64,000 nucleotides of DNA from Acidimicrobiales bacterium (GCA_041908445.1 JAYRFK010000023.1:7161-71160); one strand, 5' to 3'. Numbered from the stretch's first letter, positions 8,607 to 17,814 are shown. Made by a program: numbers and translations. Notes: generated from the letters alone by a model not told the origin.

Positions 8607-9401
8607 TCAGCGGATCCGGGGCTCGATGCGGCCGCCCTTGGCGAAGACCTCCTGGCCCTCGTTGAGGGCGTCGACCGACGTCCCGATCTGCAGGAACAGG
8701 TTGCCGAGCTCGGTGGCGTGGTTGATGGGCAGGTCCTTGGCCGCCCAGAGGGTGCGCAGCGTCGCCTGCACGGCCATGGCCGGCTGCGATGCGATCGTGG
8801 CGGCCAGCGCCTGCGCCGACGCGAGCAGCTCGCCGCCGGGCACGACCTCGGAGACGAGCCCCAGCTGCTGAGCGGTCCCGGCGCTGAGGCGCTCGTGCAC
8901 GCCGGTGAGGGCCATGCGCAGCACGTCACCGAAGGGCATGCGCCGCAGCAGCAGGATCGGCTCGTAGGCGGCCACCATCCCGTAGGTGACGTGGGGGTCG
9001 AAGAAGGTGGCGTGCTCGGCGGCGAGGATCACGTCGGCCTCGCCCAGGAAGTAGAACGCCCCGCCGCAGGCCATGCCGTTGACCGCGGCGATCACCGGCT
9101 TCCAGAGTCCCTGGCTCTTCGGGCCGAGGAGCTTGCCCGGGTCCTCGTAGGTGAACACGTCGTAGCCGAACTCGACCTCGGTGCGGTCGATCCCCGTGCA
9201 GAACGCCTTCTCCCCCGCGCCCGTGAGCACGATGGCCCGTACGTCGTCGGCCGCCTTGGCCCACTGCCACACCGCGGCGATCTCCTCGACCATGGTCGGG
9301 TTGAACGCGTTGTAGACCTCGGGCCGGTTCAGGGTGACGGTGGCGACACCGTCGGCGACGTCGAGGGTGAGGGTGGTGAGCTCGGGGCGGTCGGCAGCCA
9401 T
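8607..9401 (-). CDS. enoyl-CoA hydratase/isomerase (crotonase) family
   Basis: 264 aa with the crotonase pattern VATVTLNRPEVYNAFN ... GAGEKAFCTGID ... AAVNGMACGGAF. Confidence 0.9.
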   Translation of the reverse strand: MAADRPELTTLTLDVADGVATVTLNRPEVYNAFNPTMVEEIAAVWQWAKAADDVRAIVLTGAGEKAFCTGIDRTEVEFGYDVFTYEDPGKLLGPKSQGLWKPVIAAVNGMACGGAFYFLGEADVILAAEHATFFDPHVTYGMVAAYEPILLLRRMPFGDVLRMALTGVHERLSAGTAQQLGLVSEVVPGGELLASAQALAATIASQPAMAVQATLRTLWAAKDLPINHATELGNLFLQIGTSVDALNEGQEVFAKGGRIEPRIR

Positions 9402-9465
9402 GGCGCCGGATGCTAGGCGGCGCCCGCCCGCTTCCCGTCCGCGGCGACGAGTCCGACCACCGCTG

Positions 9466-9527
9466 CCTTCGTTCTGGTCACGGATTCGCGAGGTCCAACC
9501 TCGCGAATCCGTACCCAGAACGGAAGG
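9466..9527. repeat. 62-bp imperfect palindromic intergenic element
   Basis: CCTTCGTTCTGGTCACGGATTCGCGAGGT-cca-ACCTCGCGAATCCGTACCCAGAACGGAAGG. Its termini resemble the CAGAA(A)CGGAAGG arms of the repeats at 10584 and 20311. Confidence 0.6.
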
Positions 9528-9548
9528 ACGGGGCAGGGTCGAGGCGGG

Positions 9549-10517
9549 TCAGAGGTTGGGGAGGACCTCGGTCTCGATGAGGCGCAGGCTCGACCAGGCC
9601 AACTCGGGGTCGAGGCCCCCGCAGAGGGGTTGGAGGCCGAGGTACCCGGTGGTGTGCACGAGGGCCACCGCCTCCTCGGGGGTGAGGATGCGGTAGCTGC
9701 CGCCCTCAGCACGGAGCTCCTCGACCGTCGTGGCCCGGGAGCGGGTGACGGCGTCGTGGTCGTCGCCCAGCCAGGCGCCGTAGGCCCGGGCGTCGTGCAG
9801 CAGGTGCGGGCCCATCGCGTCCCACGCGGCGTCCACGTCCTCGGCGACGAACACCGAGCTCGGCGACGCCTTGGACGGGACGAGGCACGCGCCCGGCTCG
9901 CGCCCGACCCGGGCGGCCTCGGCGGCGTAGGCCTCGGCCAGGTCGGGGCGGTCGGCCTCGCCGATGAAGTCGAGCCCGAAGCGGGCGGCGCGGCGAGCGG
10001 CGGCCGGCGTGCCGCCGCCGTAGGACAGGCGCATCCCGCCCTCGGTGTAGGGCCGCGGGCGGACCGACGCGGTCCGCCCCCGCCACTCGACCTCCTCGCC
10101 GGCGACCAGCCGCTGGAGCACCGCCACGCGCTCCTCCATCTCGGCGCCGCGAGCGGCGGCGTCGACGCCGAACATGGCGAACTCCTCCGGCCGGTAGCCG
10201 AGGCCGATGGTCGGTGACACCCGACCCCGGGACAGGTGGTCGAGCACGTTGAGGTCCTCGGCCAGCTTCACGGGGTCGTACATCAGGAGCAACAGCGCGG
10301 CGATGCTGATCGGGATGGTCGAGGTGCGGGCCGCGACCGCCGCCGCCATCACCAGCGGCGAGGGCAGGTAGCCGTCGTCGGAGGCGTGGTGCTGGGAGAG
10401 CACCACCGCGAGGCACCCTCGGGATTCGCCCCACTCGGCCATGTCGAGGGCGGCGGCGTAGAGGTCGGCGGGCGGCGTGGGGCCCGGGGCTCGCAGGTCG
10501 AAGCGCATCAGGAACAC
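9549..10517 (-). CDS. LLM-class (luciferase-like) flavin/F420-dependent oxidoreductase
   Basis: 322 aa. MRFDLRAPG...VVLSQHH...YDPVKLAEDLNVLDHLSRGRV..GLGYRPEEF matches the luciferase-like monooxygenase pattern. An alternative start is ATG 10508. Confidence 0.8.
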   Translation of the reverse strand: MFLMRFDLRAPGPTPPADLYAAALDMAEWGESRGCLAVVLSQHHASDDGYLPSPLVMAAAVAARTSTIPISIAALLLLMYDPVKLAEDLNVLDHLSRGRVSPTIGLGYRPEEFAMFGVDAAARGAEMEERVAVLQRLVAGEEVEWRGRTASVRPRPYTEGGMRLSYGGGTPAAARRAARFGLDFIGEADRPDLAEAYAAEAARVGREPGACLVPSKASPSSVFVAEDVDAAWDAMGPHLLHDARAYGAWLGDDHDAVTRSRATTVEELRAEGGSYRILTPEEAVALVHTTGYLGLQPLCGGLDPELAWSSLRLIETEVLPNL

Positions 10518-10583
10518 CCCGAGAGCATGGCCGCTCCCGACGGCGAGCGCGGACGGCGCCCATCATCCGGCCGTCGTTCGACC

Positions 10584-10634
10584 CTTCTTCCAGCAGAAAC
10601 GGAAGGTTGCACCTTCCGTTTCTGCTGGAGGAAC
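10584..10634. repeat. 51-bp hairpin repeat, copy 1 (19-bp perfect stem)
   Basis: CTTCTTCCAGCAGAAACGGAAGGT-tgc-ACCTTCCGTTTCTGCTGGAGGAAC. It lies between the PhyH stop and the LLM start on the minus strand. Confidence 0.7.
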
Positions 10635-10654
10635 AGCGATCGTGGGGACGAGCG

Positions 10655-11932
10655 TCAGGCGTCGGGGGGTGCGTCGGCCCAGGCGTCCTTCGCCGACGGC
10701 GCGCTGGCGCCGAGCAGGAGCTTGGGCGCCTTCTCCCGCAGGTCGGACAGCGCCTTGCTGCCGGCGCTGGCCTTGGGATCGCCCTCGTCGGCGCGGGGCA
10801 CCTGCGAGAACCCGGCGTACATGACCTTGCGGGCCTCGGTGACCGGCGGGCGGGCCTCGTGCAGCGTGCACGAGAGGTGGACGGTCAGGTCGCCGGGCTC
10901 GGTCGTCACCGCCACGACGGGCAGGTACGGGTCGTGCTTGGCGATCTCGACGGGCATGACCACCCGGTGCGAGCCGGCGCACACCCGGAGGCGCCCGTTG
11001 GCCTCGCTGCTGCCCGTGACCGAGATGCCGATCGTCGCCCCCGAGCAGCCGTAGGGGTGGCGGCCGAGGTGGCAGTCGCGGTGGAAGGTCACGTCGGAGG
11101 CGCCCCGGACCACACCGACGGGCTTGATCAGCGCCTCGATGGCCTTGCCCTTCACGAGTTCGGCGTCGTCGCCGGCGAGGGTGACCCGCAGCTGCTCCCA
11201 CACCGGCCCGTCGAGGATCGCCGCGGTCGTCGGCGAGTACGGGAGGAAGTCCTGGAGGCGCACGACCCGGTGGCTGCCGTCGGCCAGCTCGGCCCACCAC
11301 GAGCGGCCGTCACCCTCGGTGTACTCCCCCTGGGCCCGGTCGATGTCGGCGGAGATCGTCGCCATGTCGGTGGGGTCGAGCCAGCCCCGCAGGTGCAGGT
11401 ACCCGGCCTCGCGCAGGAAGTGGGCGACGTCGGCGGGATCGTCGTCGCGGGTGAACGACCGCCCGAGGTCGAGGGGACGGCCGTCCCGGTCGAGGAAGGC
11501 GAGGTCGGGGTCGACGATGGGCCAGCCGTCCTGGATGGTGAGCCAGAGCGAGTCCCAGATCGAGACGTCCCGCTCGGTGCCGTCCCGGTAGCGCAGCACC
11601 TGGGCCACGCTCAGCCCGTTGAGGCTGGCCTGCAGCTGGGCCCAGTCGGAGAAGGTGGCGGTGTCGAAGGTGACGACCACCGCCCCGTCGACGACCCCGG
11701 ACCGCACGGCCACGGTGCCGCCCTCGGCCACCAGCGACCAGGCACCACCGCCCTCGCCCTCGACCTCGACCTCGACCGCCAGCGGCGGCGCGCCGAGGGC
11801 CTCGAGGCCGGCCGGGGCCATCGGGCCGCGGCCGGCCAGCAGGGGCGGGAGGTCCTCCGCGAAGAAGGTCGCCGGGTCGAGGGCGCGGATGTCGGCGTCG
11901 CGGCGCGTGCGCCGGTCGAACGGTGCGGGCAT
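10655..11932 (-). CDS. phytanoyl-CoA dioxygenase (PhyH) family Fe(II)/2-oxoglutarate oxygenase with an N-terminal SCP2-like domain
   Basis: 425 aa. The N-terminal ~110 aa resemble an SCP2/sterol-carrier-like module. The C-terminal part has PhyH-type motifs (FHRDCHLG ... CAGSHR). Confidence 0.7.
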   Translation of the reverse strand: MPAPFDRRTRRDADIRALDPATFFAEDLPPLLAGRGPMAPAGLEALGAPPLAVEVEVEGEGGGAWSLVAEGGTVAVRSGVVDGAVVVTFDTATFSDWAQLQASLNGLSVAQVLRYRDGTERDVSIWDSLWLTIQDGWPIVDPDLAFLDRDGRPLDLGRSFTRDDDPADVAHFLREAGYLHLRGWLDPTDMATISADIDRAQGEYTEGDGRSWWAELADGSHRVVRLQDFLPYSPTTAAILDGPVWEQLRVTLAGDDAELVKGKAIEALIKPVGVVRGASDVTFHRDCHLGRHPYGCSGATIGISVTGSSEANGRLRVCAGSHRVVMPVEIAKHDPYLPVVAVTTEPGDLTVHLSCTLHEARPPVTEARKVMYAGFSQVPRADEGDPKASAGSKALSDLREKAPKLLLGASAPSAKDAWADAPPDA

Positions 11933-11962
11933 CGCGGCACTGTCGCGCCGGTTCGCACGCGA

Positions 11963-11980
11963 TGCAAGGGTTCCCTTGCA
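11963..11980. promoter_or_regulatory. perfect 18-bp palindrome TGCAAGGG-TT-CCCTTGCA
   Basis: Lies in the 79-bp divergent region between the PhyH oxygenase (11932) and the TetR gene (12012), just upstream of the TAGCGT -10-like box. Confidence 0.5.
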
Positions 11981-12011
11981 GTGCCCGGGAACGGCGCCTA
12001 GCGTCCTCGCC

Positions 12012-12635
12012 GTGGCGAACGGGGGGCGTGGGTCGACGCGTGAGCGCCTGCTCGATGCCGCGCTCGAGGTCTTCGGCGAGGTCGGCTACACCGGCGCCAC
12101 CATCACCGAGATCGAGCGCCGCGTGGGCCTCACGCCGGGCACCGGCAGCTTCTACCGGCACTTCCCCGACAAGGCCGCGCTGCTCCAGGCGGCCGTGGAA
12201 CGAGAGGTCACCCGGGTGCTCGACGACCTCCGCTCGCCCGAGTGGAGCCCGGCCAGCGCGGAGCAGGCCGAGGCCACGGACGTGACGCTCCGCAAGTCGT
12301 TTGCCATCATCCGCCGCCTCGATCCCCTCTTCCGCCTGATGACGAACGAGGGCGACCGGGTGCCCGAGGTGCGCACCGCCATCGAGGCGGTGGTCGGTGA
12401 CCAGCAGCGCCGGCTGGCGTGGGAGGACGACCCCGGCCTCGTGATCGGCGTGGCCGCGCTCGGCGGCTACCACCTGTTCAGCCGCTTCCAGGGAGGCTCG
12501 TTCCAGCAGGTCCCCGAGGACGCCTTCCTCGGCGCACTGGCCGCCCTCGTCGACACCGCCCGACACGACCCGGGGCGCCTTGACCGGACAACGACGGCAC
12601 CGTACCGTTCTGAGAATTCGATTCTGACGACGTGA
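12012..12635 (+). CDS. TetR/AcrR family transcriptional regulator
   Basis: The HTH region reads RERLLDAALEVFGEVGYTGATITEIERRVGLTPGTGSFYRHFPDKAAL. GTG 12012 sits 7 nt after TAGCGT (leaderless layout). The long upstream ORF extension is Arg/Ala/Ser junk. Confidence 0.85.
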   Translation: MANGGRGSTRERLLDAALEVFGEVGYTGATITEIERRVGLTPGTGSFYRHFPDKAALLQAAVEREVTRVLDDLRSPEWSPASAEQAEATDVTLRKSFAIIRRLDPLFRLMTNEGDRVPEVRTAIEAVVGDQQRRLAWEDDPGLVIGVAALGGYHLFSRFQGGSFQQVPEDAFLGALAALVDTARHDPGRLDRTTTAPYRSENSILTT

Positions 12636-12649
12636 GAACGAAGTTCTGA
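12611..12649. promoter_or_regulatory. two tandem 17-bp palindromes TGAGAAY-N3-RTTCTGA
   Basis: TGAGAATTCGATTCTGA (12611-12627) and TGAGAACGAAGTTCTGA (12633-12649) lie at the TetR 3' end, upstream of the MFS-LivF transporter operon. The stretch is locally AT-rich. Confidence 0.5.
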
Positions 12650-12701
12650 CCGGCCGCGGCCGGGACCACGAGGGGGAGCAACGACAAGTGGGGGAGCGCC
12701 C

Positions 12702-14909
12702 GTGAGCGACGACGCGGCGGCCGAGACCTCGGCCGCGCAGGCGGCGACCCTCGCCGACGCGGTCCTGACCGCGGAGGCCGAGCGCCAGGCCGAGCAGGCC
12801 GAGCGCGAGGTCCTCTTCGCCGACGACCTGCTGCCCGGCGTCGGCGACGAGGCCCTGACCCTGCGCCAGGGCCTCGAGGTCGGCGGCGCCTTCACCTTCG
12901 TGGTCCTGCTGCTGCTGAACGCGCTCGAGCAGCTCGAGGGCGCCGCCCTCAGCGTGCTCGCCCCCGACATCCGCGACGCCTTCAACGTCAGCAGCGGCGT
13001 CATCGTCTTCATCAGCGCCGCCGCCGGCGGGTTCCTCGTCCTCGGCGCGGTCCCCATGGGGTGGCTGGCCGACCGGTACAACCGCCCCCGGATCGTCGGC
13101 ATCGCCAGCCTCGTGTTCTCGGCCATGGTGGCGTGCTCGGGCCTGGCGGTGAACGCGTTCACCCTCTTCCTCGCCCGCTTCGGCGTGGGCATCGCCCGCT
13201 CCAACACCCTGCCCGTCCACGGCTCGCTGATCGCCGACACCTACCCGATCGGGGTCCGTGGGCGCCTGAGCGCCACGACCATGGGCGCCGGCCTCGTCAT
13301 CGCCGCCATCAGCCCGGTGCTCGTCGGCGGCATCGCCGACCTCGCCGGCGGCGCCAACGGCTGGCGGTGGGCCTTCTTCGTCCTCGGCATCCCCGTGCTC
13401 GGCGCCGCCTTCCTCGCCTTCCGGATCCGCGAGGTGCCCCGCGGCCAGTTCGAGATGAAGGACGTCCTCGGCGAGGTCATCGACACGACGCCGGTCGCCA
13501 TGTCGATGGAGTCGGTGTTCTCCCGCCTGAAGCAGATCCGCACGCTGCGCACGGTGATGCTGGCCTTCGCGGCCATCGGCTTCGGACTGTTCACCGGCCC
13601 GGTCCTGATGAACGTCTACGTGGAGGACCGCTTCGGCCTCTCCGCCCTCGAGCGGGGACTGCTCGGCAGCTTCGGCGGCCTGTTCACCCTGGCCATCCTC
13701 CCCTTCGCCGCCCGCGGCTACGACCGGCGCTTCCGGGAGGACCCCGAGAAGGCGCTGCGCCTCGTCGGGCTGCTCATCATCCCCGTCGCCCTGCTCGTAC
13801 CGCTGCAGTACTCGATGCCGAACGCGTTCCTCTTCGCGGTGTTCAGCGTGCCCCCGGCCATCCTGCTCATGACCGCCTTCACCATGGTGGGGCCGATCCT
13901 GCAGTCGGTCACCCCGTACCGCCTGCGGGGCATGGGCAACGCCCTCGGCGCGATCTACGTCTTCTTCGTCGGCGCCACCGCGGGTGCCCTGCTCGCCGCG
14001 TTCTTCACCGACGCCCTCGGCCCCCGCGCCGCGGTGATCCTGCTGATGGTGCCGTCGACGATCATCGGCGGCGTCCTCGTCCTGCGCAGCTCCACGTTCA
14101 TCAAGAACGACCTCTCCCTCGTGGTGGCCGAGCTCCGCGAGGAGATGGACGAGCGCAAGCGCCAGCTCGAGGACCCCGAGCGGACCCCGATGCTCCAGGT
14201 CGCCTCGGTCGACTTCTCCTACGGCCACGTGCAGGTGCTCTTCGACGTGGGGTTCGAGGTCCGCAAGGGCGAGGTGCTCGCGCTGCTCGGCACCAACGGC
14301 GCCGGGAAGTCGACGATCCTGCGGGTGATCGCCGGCCTGGGCACGCCCGCCCGGGGCGTGGTGCGGCTCGAGGGCCGCACCATCACCTACGTCTCGCCCG
14401 AGCGCCGGGGCCCCCTCGGCATCCGCCTGCTGCCCGGCGGCAAGGGGGTGTTCCCCCAGATGACCGTGCAGGAGAACCTCGAGATGGCGGCCTTCGTGTA
14501 CCGGCGCGACCGTGCCGACCACGACCGCCGCATCGCCCGGGTGCACGAGCTCTTCCCGACGCTCGCCGAGCGCCCCGACGACCTCGCCGGCTCGCTGTCC
14601 GGCGGCCAGCAGCAGATGCTGGCGCTCGCCTCGACCCTGCTGCACGAGCCCGACGTGCTCCTGATCGACGAGCTCTCCCTCGGCCTCTCCCCCATCGTCG
14701 TCCAGCAGCTGCTCGAGGTCGTCGAGCGGCTGAAGGCCGAGGGGACCACCATCGTCATCGTCGAGCAGTCCCTGAACGTCGCCCTCGCGGTCGCCGACCG
14801 GGCCGTCTTCCTCGAGAAGGGCCAGGTGCGCTTCGAGGGCGACGCCCGGGAGCTGGCCGAGCGCGACGACCTCGCCCGTGCCGTCTTCCTCGGGCGGGAG
14901 GGCGGATGA
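12702..14909 (+). CDS. fusion protein: 12-TM MFS-type membrane domain plus LivF-type ABC ATPase
   Basis: 735 aa. The N-terminal ~480 aa carry MFS motif A (GWLADRYNRPRIV) and many TM segments. The C-terminal ~240 aa read LGTNGAGKSTILRVIAG...LSGGQQQMLA...LLIDELSLGLSP (Walker A, signature, Walker B), which is LivF-like. Confidence 0.85.
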   Translation: MSDDAAAETSAAQAATLADAVLTAEAERQAEQAEREVLFADDLLPGVGDEALTLRQGLEVGGAFTFVVLLLLNALEQLEGAALSVLAPDIRDAFNVSSGVIVFISAAAGGFLVLGAVPMGWLADRYNRPRIVGIASLVFSAMVACSGLAVNAFTLFLARFGVGIARSNTLPVHGSLIADTYPIGVRGRLSATTMGAGLVIAAISPVLVGGIADLAGGANGWRWAFFVLGIPVLGAAFLAFRIREVPRGQFEMKDVLGEVIDTTPVAMSMESVFSRLKQIRTLRTVMLAFAAIGFGLFTGPVLMNVYVEDRFGLSALERGLLGSFGGLFTLAILPFAARGYDRRFREDPEKALRLVGLLIIPVALLVPLQYSMPNAFLFAVFSVPPAILLMTAFTMVGPILQSVTPYRLRGMGNALGAIYVFFVGATAGALLAAFFTDALGPRAAVILLMVPSTIIGGVLVLRSSTFIKNDLSLVVAELREEMDERKRQLEDPERTPMLQVASVDFSYGHVQVLFDVGFEVRKGEVLALLGTNGAGKSTILRVIAGLGTPARGVVRLEGRTITYVSPERRGPLGIRLLPGGKGVFPQMTVQENLEMAAFVYRRDRADHDRRIARVHELFPTLAERPDDLAGSLSGGQQQMLALASTLLHEPDVLLIDELSLGLSPIVVQQLLEVVERLKAEGTTIVIVEQSLNVALAVADRAVFLEKGQVRFEGDARELAERDDLARAVFLGREGG

Positions 14910-17791
14910 CGCCCGTGCTCGCCGCCACGCTGGTGACCCGCCAGCTCATCTTCACGGGTGTCGTCAACGGCATGGTCTTCGGCCTCGTGGCCATGGGGAT
15001 CGTGCTGATCTACCGATCGACCCGGGTCATCAACTTCGCGGTCGCCAACCTCGGCCTGATCGGGACGGGCCTGTTCGTCCTGCTGGTGGCGCAGTACTCC
15101 GTGCCGTTCTGGCCGGCGGCGATCCTCTCGCTCGCGGCGGGCACCCTCTGGGGCGCGCTGATGGAGCTGGTGGTCATCCGCCGCCTCTTCACCGCGCCCC
15201 GGGTCATCGTGCTGGTGGCCACCATCGGCATCTCCAGCCTGTCGCTCGCCGTGCTGCTGCTGTTCCCCGAGGTCGACGCCCCCGGTGCCCGCTTCCCCGT
15301 GGCGGTGGGCTCGGTGCACGAGTGGCTCGGCGTGCGGGTCACCGGGCCCGAGCTCGTCATCGTGGTGCTGGTCCCGCTCGTCGCGATCCTCTTCACCTGG
15401 ATGCTGAACCGCACCGCCCTGGGCAAGGCGGTGAAGGCGTCGGCCGACAACCCCGACCTGGCCCGCCTCGCCGGCATCAGCCCCAAGCTGGTGTCGACCG
15501 CGGTCTGGGCCATCGCCGGCGCCCTGGCCACGCTGTCGCTGTCGCTGCTGGCCGGTGACACCGGGGCGGCGACCAACCTGGCCAGCCTCGGCCCGAGCAC
15601 CCTGGTCCGCGCCCTCGCCGCCGCCGTCATCGCCGGCATGTACTCGTTCCGGCGGGCGTTCATCGCCGGCATCGCCATCGGCGTGGTCGAGGCGGTCGTG
15701 CGCTTCAACTACCTCGACGCCCCGGGCCTCATGGACTTCCTCGTCCTGCTGGCCGTGCTCGTCGCCGTCAACTGGCAGAGCCGCCAGGGCACCGGCGAGA
15801 CCCAGACCTTCTCCTTCGGCGCCAAGCCCCGACCCATCCCCGAGCGCCTCCGGGGCGTCTGGTGGGTGCGCCAGATCGACCGGGCCGGGCTCGTGCTCAT
15901 GGGCCTCGGCGCGATCGTGCTCCCGATCATCGTCACGGCGCCGTCGCGCCAGCTGCTCTACACGTCGATCCTCGCCTTCGCCCTGTGCGCCCTCTCGCTC
16001 ACCGTCCTCACGGGATGGGGCGGCCAGCTCTCCCTCGGCCAGATGGCCTTCGCGGGGATCGGCGCACTGCTGATGGCGGCGTTCTCCCGGGGCGTGAACG
16101 TCGACCTGCGCGTCGGTGACGTGCGCCTCCTGAAGGCCGGGATCCAGCCGCTCACCTTCGTGACCGCCGTCGCGCTGGCCGTGGCCATCACCGCGCTGCT
16201 GGCGACCCTCATCGGCGCCAGCGCGCTGCGGGTCCGCGGCCTCTACCTGGCGGTCAGCACCTTCGCCTTCGGCCTCGCCGCCCAGCAGTACCTCTACGGC
16301 CGGCCCCTCCTGAGCGGCGGGTTCAGCCAGTCGGTGCCCTACCAGCGCACGAACCTGTTCGGGATCGTCGACCTCGGGTCGCAGCGCTCGATCTACTACG
16401 TGACCCTCGTCCTGTTGATCGTGGGCGTGGTGGTCATCGCCCACCTGCGCCGCACCGGGATCGGCCGCACCACCATCGCGGTGCGCGACAACCCCGACGG
16501 CGCCGCCGCCTACACGGTGTCGGCCACCCACACGAAGCTGCGGGCCTTCGCCCTGGCCGGCGGCATCGCCGCGCTGGGCGGGGCCCTGCTGGCCGCCAAC
16601 ATCCAGAGCGTCCCCACGACCCGCTACTTCACCGTGGCGGACTCGCTCCTGCTCGTGGCCATGGTCGTGATCGGCGGGCTCGGGTCGGTGGCGGGCGCCG
16701 TCCTCGGTGCGATCTGGGTGGTCGGCCTGCCGGCGTTCTTCCCCGACAACGACGTGGTGCCGCTGCTCACCTCGAGCCTCGGCCTGCTCGTCCTGCTCCT
16801 CTACTTCCCCGGCGGGCTCGTGCAGATCGGCCACGCGCTGCGGGACGCCATCGTGGGCTGGGCCGAGCGCCGCCACCCCGCCGAGACCACCAAGCAGCAG
16901 GTGACCGTACCCGTGGCGCCGGTGCGCTCCGAGCGGGTGGCGCTGCCCGAGGGCACGCCGGCGCTGCGCACCACGGACGTCGTGGTCCGCTTCGGCGGCA
17001 TCCACGCGGTCTCGGGGGTGAGCATCGACGTGGGCGACGGCGAGATCGTCGGGCTCATCGGCACCAACGGCGCCGGCAAGTCCACCCTGATGAACGCCGT
17101 CGGCGGCTACGTGCCCTCGCAGGGCCACGTCGAGCTCCTCGGGCGGCCGGTCGACGGGCTCTCCGCGAACCGGCGGGCCCGCCTGGGCCTCGGGCGCACG
17201 TTCCAGGCCGCCACCCTCTTCCCCGAGCTGACCGTGCGCGAGACCGTGCTGGTCGCCCTCGAGGCCCGCCACCGCAGCGCCCTCGTCACCAACGCGCTGT
17301 TCTGGCCGCCGGCGCTCAAGCACGAGCGCACCAAGCGGGCCCAGGCCGACGAGATCGTCGACTTCCTCGGCCTCGGCCGCTACGCGGAGGCGTACATCGG
17401 CGACCTCTCCACCGGCACCCGCCGCATCGTCGAGCTGGCCGGCCTGCTCGCCCTCGACGCCCGGGTGCTCTGCCTCGACGAGCCGACCGCCGGCGTGGCC
17501 CAGCGCGAGACCGAGGCCTTCGGACCGCTGCTGCTGGAGATCCGGCGCGAGCTCGGGGCGTCGCTGCTCGTCATCGAGCACGACATGCCCCTGATCATGG
17601 GCATCAGCGACCGGGTCTACTGCCTCGAACTGGGCCAGATCATCGCCGAGGGCGCGCCCGAGGCCGTCCGCAACGACCCCGCCGTCATCGCCAGCTACCT
17701 CGGCACCGACGAGCGGGCCATCGCCCGCAGCGGGGCGGCGGCCGAGCCGTCATCGACGCCGACGACGCCCGCCGAACCGACCACCGCCTGA
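14906..17791 (+). CDS. fusion protein: LivH-like permease plus LivM-like permease plus LivG-type ABC ATPase
   Basis: ATG 14906 overlaps the upstream stop (ATGA). It forms one uninterrupted frame of 961 aa. Domains are LivH (IVLIYRSTRVINFA), LivM (LTGWGGQLSLGQMAFAGIGA) and LivG (LIGTNGAGKSTLMN...LSTGTRRIVELA...LCLDEPTAG). The ORF-track extension back to 13061 is an out-of-frame overlap artefact. Confidence 0.85.
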   Translation: MTPVLAATLVTRQLIFTGVVNGMVFGLVAMGIVLIYRSTRVINFAVANLGLIGTGLFVLLVAQYSVPFWPAAILSLAAGTLWGALMELVVIRRLFTAPRVIVLVATIGISSLSLAVLLLFPEVDAPGARFPVAVGSVHEWLGVRVTGPELVIVVLVPLVAILFTWMLNRTALGKAVKASADNPDLARLAGISPKLVSTAVWAIAGALATLSLSLLAGDTGAATNLASLGPSTLVRALAAAVIAGMYSFRRAFIAGIAIGVVEAVVRFNYLDAPGLMDFLVLLAVLVAVNWQSRQGTGETQTFSFGAKPRPIPERLRGVWWVRQIDRAGLVLMGLGAIVLPIIVTAPSRQLLYTSILAFALCALSLTVLTGWGGQLSLGQMAFAGIGALLMAAFSRGVNVDLRVGDVRLLKAGIQPLTFVTAVALAVAITALLATLIGASALRVRGLYLAVSTFAFGLAAQQYLYGRPLLSGGFSQSVPYQRTNLFGIVDLGSQRSIYYVTLVLLIVGVVVIAHLRRTGIGRTTIAVRDNPDGAAAYTVSATHTKLRAFALAGGIAALGGALLAANIQSVPTTRYFTVADSLLLVAMVVIGGLGSVAGAVLGAIWVVGLPAFFPDNDVVPLLTSSLGLLVLLLYFPGGLVQIGHALRDAIVGWAERRHPAETTKQQVTVPVAPVRSERVALPEGTPALRTTDVVVRFGGIHAVSGVSIDVGDGEIVGLIGTNGAGKSTLMNAVGGYVPSQGHVELLGRPVDGLSANRRARLGLGRTFQAATLFPELTVRETVLVALEARHRSALVTNALFWPPALKHERTKRAQADEIVDFLGLGRYAEAYIGDLSTGTRRIVELAGLLALDARVLCLDEPTAGVAQRETEAFGPLLLEIRRELGASLLVIEHDMPLIMGISDRVYCLELGQIIAEGAPEAVRNDPAVIASYLGTDERAIARSGAAAEPSSTPTTPAEPTTA

Positions 17792-17814
17792 CCCGACCAC
17801 GCCTGATCCGCGGG

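Noticed and set aside
13061-14905. The 5' extension of the 1576-aa ORF 13061-17791.
   Set aside because: The extension overlaps the MFS-LivF gene out of frame and reads as Arg/Pro junk. The LivH-like sequence begins exactly at ATG 14906, which overlaps the upstream stop (ATGA).
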